This document shows, in pieces, positions 57,252 to 64,000 of a DNA stretch of 64,000 nucleotides. The first letter of the stretch is position 1. Every line of letters starts with the position of its first letter. The notes beneath the pieces were generated by a model that searched no databases, was not told the origin of the DNA, and saw only the letters and a list, made by a program, of their open reading frames with translations. Source of the DNA: Candidatus Levyibacteriota bacterium. GTDB taxonomy: Bacteria; Patescibacteriota; Microgenomatia; Levybacterales; UBA12049. The stretch covers positions 122,622 through 186,621 of the forward strand of contig JACQHJ010000002.1 of NCBI GenBank assembly GCA_016199085.1, read 5' to 3'. A program made the position numbers and the translations under genes.

Positions 57252-58373
57252 ATGAGATATTTAGCAGTAATTATAATAATTGTCGCTTTAGCTTTGGGCA
57301 GTTTTATGTTTTTAAGCCCTGGAAAGACAAATCCATTAGAGGAAAGAATGGGAGAAGGTAAGCAAAATTCATCTCCAAAAGCACCGGTTACAACTATTGT
57401 CGCCGAAAATCTCGATACCCCATGGGCTATTGCCTTTTTACCAAATAAAAGCTTTTTGGTAACGGAGAGAAAGGGAAATATCTGGTTGATGGATCCAAAC
57501 GGAAATCCCTCGCCCTCACCTGTTGCAACAATTGAAAACGCAAAAGAGATCGGAGAAGGAGGACTTTTGGGAATTGCAATTTCCCAAAACTTTGAAAGCA
57601 ATAATTTTGTCTACCTCTATTACACATATAGTGGGGATGGTAACAATACGTTAAACAGGGTTGTTAGAATGACTTTTCAAAACCAAAAATTAGTCAATGA
57701 GAAAATTTTGGTGGATAAAATTCCGGGCGCTTCAAATCATAACGGCGGAAGAATAAAATTTGGCCCTGACGGTTATTTATACATTGGAACCGGTGATGCG
57801 CAAAATCCGTCACAAGCACAGGATAAAAATTCTTTGGGCGGCAAGATACTTCGTATTACAGAGGAAGGAAAAGCACCGGGCAATCCGTTTGGAAACTTGG
57901 TCTACTCCTTTGGACACAGAAATGTCCAGGGGCTTTCCTGGTATACCAACGGAGATCTTTGGGCAACGGAGCATGGAAGATCAGGGGCGCTCTCAGGACT
58001 TGATGAACTCAATTTAATTCAAAGCGGTAAAAACTATGGCTGGCCGGTAATTGAAGGAGACAAAAAAGGGCAAGGCATGGAAACTCCAAAGGAAAATTCA
58101 GGTAATGATACCTGGGCTCCGAGCGGAGCTGCATTTGTCGGTAATTCACTTTTCTTCGGGGGACTTCGTGGACAGTCTTTATACCAAGCAAAGATTGAAA
58201 ACGGAAACGTTATAGAGGTGAGGAAACATTTTAAAACGGAGTTTGGAAGAATCAGGGACGTAGTCTTAGGTCCCGATGGGCTTTTATATATCACCATAAG
58301 CAATCAGGATGGAAGAGGTGTTCCAAAGACCGGAGACGACAAGATAATCAAAGTGAATATTCAAAAACTCTAA
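57252..58373 (+). CDS. PQQ-dependent soluble sugar (glucose/sorbosone) dehydrogenase-family beta-propeller.
   Basis: Signal/TM N-terminus. HNGGRIKFGPDGYLYIGTGD, SFGHRNVQGLSW and NYGWP motifs. Confidence 0.85.
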   Translation: MRYLAVIIIIVALALGSFMFLSPGKTNPLEERMGEGKQNSSPKAPVTTIVAENLDTPWAIAFLPNKSFLVTERKGNIWLMDPNGNPSPSPVATIENAKEIGEGGLLGIAISQNFESNNFVYLYYTYSGDGNNTLNRVVRMTFQNQKLVNEKILVDKIPGASNHNGGRIKFGPDGYLYIGTGDAQNPSQAQDKNSLGGKILRITEEGKAPGNPFGNLVYSFGHRNVQGLSWYTNGDLWATEHGRSGALSGLDELNLIQSGKNYGWPVIEGDKKGQGMETPKENSGNDTWAPSGAAFVGNSLFFGGLRGQSLYQAKIENGNVIEVRKHFKTEFGRIRDVVLGPDGLLYITISNQDGRGVPKTGDDKIIKVNIQKL

Positions 58374-58474
58374 TTTTAGCTTCCAAGTCTTTCTAAATTC
58401 TTACATATCTTTGTCTTTATATTAATACACGTTAGTTACTCTACCTTTAGTATTTTTGAGAGGGGGTGAGAGAT

Positions 58475-58792
58475 ATGCCAGACGATAACATGCCAAGAAA
58501 CAATTCAAACGATTTAGCAGACCAGGATGATGTGTTGGATTTTGATGACAACTTAGATATGGGTTCAAAAGGCGGTGCGGCAACCCAAACATCGAACACT
58601 GATTTTGTAAATCAAAACCAGTCATCCCAAAAAGGTTTTACCAAGATGATTAGGGAGAATCCGCAAAAGCAAAAAGATATCGCTTCCAAAGGAGGAAGAG
58701 CCGCCCATCAAAGGGGTACGGCACACGAATGGACTTCCGAAGAAGCAAAAGCGGCAGGTAGGCTTGGGGGAAGAAGTAAATCCCAAGACTAA
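58475..58792 (+). CDS. KGG-repeat general stress protein (YciG/GsiB-like).
   Basis: SKGGRAAHQRGTAHEWTSEEAKAAGRLGG is a KGG-repeat motif. A GGGGTGAGAG ribosome-binding site precedes ATG 58475. Confidence 0.65.
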   Translation: MPDDNMPRNNSNDLADQDDVLDFDDNLDMGSKGGAATQTSNTDFVNQNQSSQKGFTKMIRENPQKQKDIASKGGRAAHQRGTAHEWTSEEAKAAGRLGGRSKSQD

Positions 58793-59283
58793 TCTATTTC
58801 TACGGGCAGGAAATTTTTGTCCGTAGAAAAGAACTTATTCGACTCAAGGATCTGTTCCAAAAGGCCGATGGTTTTAGTAAAAGCCCCACCTAAAAAAATT
58901 CCATCCTCATTTTTAATATCCACATAAATATGAAATTTTCCAAAAGCGTCTCTTTTCCAATTCCAAAAAGTTCTACCGTTAAATACCGCCTCATTAAACC
59001 CAAACTTTATTTTCTCAAAACATAAAACATCAATAAAGATATGTTCAAACAAATGTCCTATCTCAGTGCTTCGTACTTCTTTTTCAAAGTTGAGATTATC
59101 TTCGTTGAAGCATTCGGTTTTTAATACACTAGGAAAATGTTTCTTTAAAAATAGATAGGTATTGGGAAGATTTTTGGTGTTAACGAAGTTGATTAATACT
59201 TGCATTTCTAGATGAAGTCTCCCTTGACTAAGTGATCCGCTGAGACGGAGGTTTTTTGATGTATAAAATAAGTTCTTGTCCAT
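58789..59283 (-). CDS. Hypothetical protein.
   Basis: 164-aa ORF with no recognised motif. Confidence 0.35.
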   Translation of the reverse strand: MDKNLFYTSKNLRLSGSLSQGRLHLEMQVLINFVNTKNLPNTYLFLKKHFPSVLKTECFNEDNLNFEKEVRSTEIGHLFEHIFIDVLCFEKIKFGFNEAVFNGRTFWNWKRDAFGKFHIYVDIKNEDGIFLGGAFTKTIGLLEQILESNKFFSTDKNFLPVEID

Positions 59284-59571
59284 TAATTACGCGTTTAGTC
59301 ATTATACTTACCTAATTTTTACAATGCAAGCTCAGGTGTATAAAGCTAAATTTTAGAGAATTTGAGGCTAAAATTGACGAATTTTCACAAACACCGAATA
59401 TTTACACACGAATTTTGGTCTATTCTAAAAGTTTGTCTTGTGAAAATCTTTCTTACTTAATTCTTACCCCTTTTATGTTGTTATGCAATATTTTTGTTTT
59501 ATTATTAGCCCATGAAAAACCAGCAGTTTGTTTTAATCAACGAGATACCTTTTTCTATACTTAAAGACTTT

Positions 59572-59605
59572 TATAGTGTACTATCCTCTATAGTGTACTA
59601 TCCTC
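59572..59605. repeat. Perfect 2 x 17-bp tandem direct repeat (TATAGTGTACTATCCTC).
   Basis: Read directly from the sequence. Lies in the 400-nt intergenic region 3' of the response-regulator gene. Confidence 0.9.
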
Positions 59606-59684
59606 GCCTACTGAAAAAGATATTGGCGATAAGACAGTTGGTTCAAAGGGTGGTAGAGCACATAAAACCAAGAGCCAGGAAGGC

Positions 59685-60368
59685 TCATTCTTTAAGAGTG
59701 TAGCCGAATCCTCTGACTGAATGGATTAGTTTTTGGGAAAAACCTTCATCAATTTTTTTACGAAGGTATCCAATATAGACATCTACGGATCTGGTTTCAA
59801 TTTCTGCCGAATTCATCCAGATTTTGGATAGGATCATATCTCTTGTCAATACTTTTCCCTTATTTTCCATTAAATACTCCAGTAGCTTAAATTCAGTTGG
59901 GCTTAGTTCAATGGTCTTGTTTTTTCTTTTTACCTCATGCGTTTCTACATCCAAAAAAAGGTCGGCGACGTTTCTTTTGACTAAGTCACCCGATCCATCT
60001 CTAAGCCTTGCTTTAAGCCTTGCGTGCAGTACTTCAAGATCGAATGGTTTTGTAATATAGTCATCTGCGCCAAGGTCCAGTCCTTTTACAATATCCAACG
60101 TGTCGTTTCGGGCACTTAGAATTATCACTTTTAGCTCCGGCCATTTCTTTCTTATTTGCAAACAAACACTTTCCCCTGACATATCCGGAAGACCAAGGTC
60201 AAGTAAGACAAGGTCTGGTTTTGATTTTTCAATTAGCTTAAAAGCCTGGATTCCGTCAGATGCTGTTAAAACTAAATAATCGTTATCCAATAGAAAGCTT
60301 TTGAGGTATTCTTGCAGGTCAAGACTATCTTCAACAACCAAAATAGTTTTGTTCATATTTAGGCCCAT
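59685..60368 (-). CDS. OmpR/PhoB-family response regulator; no adjacent histidine kinase.
   Basis: Receiver domain (VVEDS...DLVLLDLGLPD...K) plus a winged-helix output domain (SPTEFKLLEYLMENKGKVLTRDMI...GYTL). The start is possibly at 60356. Confidence 0.9.
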   Translation of the reverse strand: MGLNMNKTILVVEDSLDLQEYLKSFLLDNDYLVLTASDGIQAFKLIEKSKPDLVLLDLGLPDMSGESVCLQIRKKWPELKVIILSARNDTLDIVKGLDLGADDYITKPFDLEVLHARLKARLRDGSGDLVKRNVADLFLDVETHEVKRKNKTIELSPTEFKLLEYLMENKGKVLTRDMILSKIWMNSAEIETRSVDVYIGYLRKKIDEGFSQKLIHSVRGFGYTLKE

Positions 60369-60505
60369 ACTAACAGATAAGAGTTATACTTGCAAAATAC
60401 TGTTGAGCTACTTACGTAATATAACGCATTTAAGGAAAGAGTTGTTATAGACTTTTATTTAAAGCCGTGTAAAGTTTTTGTAAAAATGATAGAATTTTAC
60501 TTTAT

Positions 60506-61390
60506 ATGAAAAATCCGCACTTTTTTAAAGTTAGATCAAGAATAGGACTTATTAACAACCCGAGTAAACAAAAAAGAGCAAACATAGGAGTTGAAGAAGG
60601 CTCTGATTATATTCTTGAAGAAAGCTTTCTAAAAACACTAAAATCACATTCCGTCTCTAGTTTTAGTTTCCCAAATCCTGAAGACCTATCCAGGGAAAAT
60701 TTCTATAAAACTTTGGAAAAAAATATTCTTCTTTTTCAAAATCTCATAAATCGAGAAATTGAAGATGGTCAAACCCAGATTGTCATAGGAGGAGATCACA
60801 GCGTTTCCCTGCCTTCAGTACTGGCAGTGATAGATAGAGTTGAAAATTCCAAAAAAGTTGGCTACGTTCATTTTGACTCTCACGGAGATATTAATTTACA
60901 TAAAGACAGTCCTTCAAAAAACTTTCATGGCATGTATTTAAGGCCTCTTTTTGATGATTTTGACGTTTTGGAAATTGACAGCCTTTTGATTGATAAAATG
61001 CCGACCGAAAACCTACTTATGATTGGAAATCTGGATTTGGATAAAGGAGAGTTTGAGTTTTTAGATAACAAAAATATAAAAACAATTTCAAGGGAAAATT
61101 TATTAAAAGATGGTAAAAAAGTATTAAAAAACTTTTCCGACTTTATAGCCAGTTTCAAATATCTGCATGTCAGTTTTGACGGAGATGTTTTGGATAAGTC
61201 AATCTTTAACGCAACAGGCATTCCCTGCGAAAAAGGATTTATGCTAGAAGAAATTATGCTTTTAATAGACCTTTTATCAAAGCACAAGAATCTTTCTTTT
61301 GATATCGCAGAATTTAATCCCTATAAAAAGAAGGCTTTGGAATCTAAAGAAATTTGCCAGGAAATTCTTCTAAAAGTCTTAGACGGTTAG
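60506..61390 (+). CDS. Arginase/agmatinase/formiminoglutamase-family ureohydrolase.
   Basis: GGDHSVS, HFDSHGD and SFDGDVLD metal-binding motifs. Confidence 0.8.
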   Translation: MKNPHFFKVRSRIGLINNPSKQKRANIGVEEGSDYILEESFLKTLKSHSVSSFSFPNPEDLSRENFYKTLEKNILLFQNLINREIEDGQTQIVIGGDHSVSLPSVLAVIDRVENSKKVGYVHFDSHGDINLHKDSPSKNFHGMYLRPLFDDFDVLEIDSLLIDKMPTENLLMIGNLDLDKGEFEFLDNKNIKTISRENLLKDGKKVLKNFSDFIASFKYLHVSFDGDVLDKSIFNATGIPCEKGFMLEEIMLLIDLLSKHKNLSFDIAEFNPYKKKALESKEICQEILLKVLDG

Positions 61391-61674
61391 TTTTTTTGTT
61401 TAATAAAGGCTTTTGAAAACACGTCTGATTCTTCTTTTGAAAAAACTTTTAAAACTTTAAAATCAATGATGGTTTTGTTTTTAACAAGTGTTAAGCTGTA
61501 TATCATAAGTTTTCCGATATATCTATAATTGTAATCGCAAAATTCCAGAGGTTTATTTATGGGTATAAAGCGTTCTCCCTGTTTTACGATGTGGTGTTTA
61601 CTCCCCTTTTTTATTTTTTTAAGATTAAAATTTTTGGGAAGCTTAAGAATTGTATTTATTTCAATAGAGCTCAC
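61387..61674 (-). CDS. Hypothetical small protein.
   Basis: 95-aa ORF with no recognised motif. Confidence 0.3.
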   Translation of the reverse strand: MSSIEINTILKLPKNFNLKKIKKGSKHHIVKQGERFIPINKPLEFCDYNYRYIGKLMIYSLTLVKNKTIIDFKVLKVFSKEESDVFSKAFIKQKN

Positions 61675-61743
61675 TTTTTTGTATTATAGCAAATAGAATT
61701 TTAAGTAGTTGACATAAATCACAAAACTTAATAAATTTAAGTA

Positions 61744-63006
61744 ATGGATGTAGTTCGAAAAGTTTTGAAAAGACCCAAAAACATTCAAACAATCTACCTT
61801 TATCTTGTTTTGGGAAATACTTTGGCCACATCTTTTATCTGGGGAATAAACACTATCTTTTTATTAGACGCTGGACTTTCTAATTTTGAAGCATTCTTGG
61901 CAAATGCTTTTTACACGTTAGGTTTTGTCATATTTGAAGTTCCAACAGGAATTATCGCAGATACATGGGGAAGAAGAACGTCGTATCTTCTGGGGTGTCT
62001 TACGCTTGCAGTTTCGACCGCCCTTTATCTTTTAATGTGGCAAATTCACGGACCATTCTTCGGATGGGCGCTTTCTTCTATACTTTTAGGACTTGGATAT
62101 ACATTTTTCTCAGGGGCACTGGAAGCATGGCTTGTTGATGCGCTGCATGCCACAAACTATAAAGGAAGTCTGGATGGTGTTTTTGCAAAAGGACAAATAG
62201 TCGGAGGAGTAGCAATGCTGACTGGTTCTGTAATGGGCGGAGTAATCGCCCAGTTTTCAAGCCTTGGGATTCCATATGTTTTGCGTTCCCTAGTTTTACT
62301 TGTCAATTTTGCAACGGCATTTTTACTTATGAAAGATCTGGGGTTTTCCCCGAGAAAGTCTACGCATTACCTAAAAGAAATAAAAAATATTTTTAAGGCA
62401 TCAATTGATAATGGGCTTAGAAATCCTCCTGTAAAATGGATGATGTTCTCAGCCCTTTTTGTTTCAGGGGTCAGTTTTTATATTTTCTATGCCTTGCAGC
62501 CTTTCCTGCTTGAACTCTACGGAGACAAGACAGCCTATACGGTTGCAGGACTGATAGCAGCTTTAACAGCGGTTTCAAACATTGCGGGTGGATTTGCTGC
62601 GCCTTACATTAAAAGACTGTTTGCCAAAAGAACAAGCGCTCTTCTTGCCGGCGGATTATTTACAGGGATAATACTGATACTTGTTTCGCTGACAAATAAT
62701 TTCTTCATTGCAGTGATTCTAATTTTTATCTGGGGACTTTTGTTTGCCGCACTGTCCCCAATCAGACAAGCCTACATTAATGGAATTATTCCATCAGCCC
62801 AGAGAGCAACGGTATTGTCATTTGATTCTTTGGTTGGATCAAGTGGAGGAATAGTCACACAGCCGGTTTTGGGAAAAATAGCAGACATTTATAGCTACTC
62901 AACCTCTTACATGGTCGCTGCCTTTATTCAGATGGGATCCCTTCCGTTTATTTACCTTGCAAGAAGAGAAAAGGCAAAGTCAGATAAGGTCGAAGAGGAA
63001 AAATAG
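61744..63006 (+). CDS. MFS transporter.
   Basis: Twelve TM helices. DTWGRR-type motif A (ADTWGRRTS). Confidence 0.85.
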   Translation: MDVVRKVLKRPKNIQTIYLYLVLGNTLATSFIWGINTIFLLDAGLSNFEAFLANAFYTLGFVIFEVPTGIIADTWGRRTSYLLGCLTLAVSTALYLLMWQIHGPFFGWALSSILLGLGYTFFSGALEAWLVDALHATNYKGSLDGVFAKGQIVGGVAMLTGSVMGGVIAQFSSLGIPYVLRSLVLLVNFATAFLLMKDLGFSPRKSTHYLKEIKNIFKASIDNGLRNPPVKWMMFSALFVSGVSFYIFYALQPFLLELYGDKTAYTVAGLIAALTAVSNIAGGFAAPYIKRLFAKRTSALLAGGLFTGIILILVSLTNNFFIAVILIFIWGLLFAALSPIRQAYINGIIPSAQRATVLSFDSLVGSSGGIVTQPVLGKIADIYSYSTSYMVAAFIQMGSLPFIYLARREKAKSDKVEEEK

Positions 63007-63007
63007 A

Positions 63008-63718
63008 CTAGCGGACATCATCTAAAACCACTTTTTTGTTTTTAAAGAAAAAGAAACTGATAAAAGTGTTAACATATGGAAATAAACCCTTAAATAAACC
63101 TTTGTCAAATCGTCTTGCTGAGGAAGTTACTCTTAAATTACTAAACGAAATCTTCCCAAGCCTACTTACTTTAAAAGAAAGATCTATATCTTCTTGTGCA
63201 TTAAGACTTTGGTCAAATCCGCCTGATTTAACATATATACCTTTATAGATTGCAAAACTAAAGCCGCTTAACCAGTAGTGGCCGAAAATTATTCTATATA
63301 TTCTCATCATGAAAGGTTGCAGAAAGTTAAAGACAGAGTTTGCTGTCTTACTTAAGCTTTCTATTTTGCATGCTCCTGTTATGGCAACAATGTCATCGGT
63401 TTTAAGTATATTTGTGAATTCCTCAATCCAGTTAGACGAAACAGCGGTATCTGCATCTGTAGAAAATATAATTTCTCCTTTGGCTTCGTTAAAGCCTTTT
63501 TTTCTTGCCGCTCCCCTACCTTTTATGGGTTGGTCAATTATTCTTAGATTTAGTCTGTCTTTATATTGATTCGCTCTTTCGACCGTTTTATCAGTGGAAT
63601 TGTTGTTTACGACGATAACCTCAAACTCCAAAGAAGTTTTCTGTTTTACAAGACTATCAAGACAATCTGAGATTGATTGTTCTTCGTTATATGCAGGTAT
63701 AACTACTGAAACCATCAA
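63008..63718 (-). CDS. Family 2 glycosyltransferase (polyprenyl-phosphate sugar synthase-like).
   Basis: VVIPAYNEE...DAD GT2 signature. 236 aa. Confidence 0.85.
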   Translation of the reverse strand: MMVSVVIPAYNEEQSISDCLDSLVKQKTSLEFEVIVVNNNSTDKTVERANQYKDRLNLRIIDQPIKGRGAARKKGFNEAKGEIIFSTDADTAVSSNWIEEFTNILKTDDIVAITGACKIESLSKTANSVFNFLQPFMMRIYRIIFGHYWLSGFSFAIYKGIYVKSGGFDQSLNAQEDIDLSFKVSRLGKISFSNLRVTSSARRFDKGLFKGLFPYVNTFISFFFFKNKKVVLDDVR

Positions 63719-63734
63719 GATAAATTATAGCAAA

Positions 63735-64000
63735 CTATTGGATCTGTTTTATTCTGAGGCTTTCCAAAAACGCAATCTCCTCAAATCCTAAAGGAATAAT
63801 TCCGGATAGGGCGCTTGCGGGAAGCCCATATAAACCCGTACTTACCCGAATATCATTTCCTTGATCGCCAACAGATACAGGATATTTATCTAAAGCTCTT
63901 CTTGTTAACCCTACTACAATTCCCTTTCTTGTCTTTGCAGTTTCAGTTGCTGCGTCCATTTGAGGATCAGTCAACCCAGCTTTGTACAAAAGCTTTACCG
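63735..64000 (-). CDS. Hypothetical protein, partial (N-terminus may lie beyond the window end).
   Basis: Open frame reaching the window edge. No recognised motif. Confidence 0.25.
   Translation of the reverse strand, partial: VKLLYKAGLTDPQMDAATETAKTRKGIVVGLTRRALDKYPVSVGDQGNDIRVSTGLYGLPASALSGIIPLGFEEIAFLESLRIKQIQ

Noticed and set aside
59572-59605. CRISPR array
   Set aside because: Only two directly abutting repeat units with no spacers. No cas genes in the window.
59512-59703. 63-aa + strand ORF
   Set aside because: It spans the 17-bp tandem repeat, which produces a duplicated peptide, and runs into the response-regulator 3' end. Most likely non-coding.

Overview
This is a low-GC bacterial chromosomal window, about 37-40% GC by eye. 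It resembles a reduced-genome monoderm, possibly a CPR/Patescibacteria-like organism; that lineage call is inference only. Supporting signs are domain-minimal ThrRS and trigger factor, sparse Shine-Dalgarno usage, and a type IV pilus system with no secretin.

Main content, in order:
- A complete co-directional type IV pilus locus (2493-16970, + strand): pilB-pilT-pilC-pilA, then two GT-C membrane glycosyltransferases, then pilD, six further prepilin-like genes and pilM/N/O.
- A housekeeping block on the - strand: trmD, a KH protein, rpsP, rnc, nusB, rpmF, recG and tyrS.
- A class A PBP on the + strand.
- One tightly packed - strand operon: DAHP synthase, chorismate mutase, an aminotransferase, a TyrA-PheA fusion, pheS and pheT. 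A Phe/Tyr-rich leader peptide and an attenuator-type terminator/antiterminator sit directly upstream.
- A divergent periplasmic-adaptor/RND efflux pair.
- thrS-infC-rpmI-rplT, followed by compositionally distinct hypothetical genes.
- A - strand stretch of uncharacterised metabolic genes (carboxylate-amine ligase GCS2-like, enolase-superfamily epimerase, M20 peptidase, P-loop protein) and trigger factor.
- Seven tRNA genes: Val-GAC, Leu-TAG, Gly-GCC, Phe-GAA, Val-TAC, Leu-GAG, Leu-CAG.
- Assorted genes: an EamA transporter, a phosphodiester glycosidase, a frameshifted HD-domain dNTPase-like gene, a PQQ-type sugar dehydrogenase, a KGG stress protein, an orphan OmpR-type response regulator beside a perfect 17-bp tandem repeat, an arginase-family enzyme, an MFS transporter and a GT2.

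No rRNA, CRISPR array, transposase or integrase was recognised. All calls rest on motif recognition by eye; no similarity search was possible.
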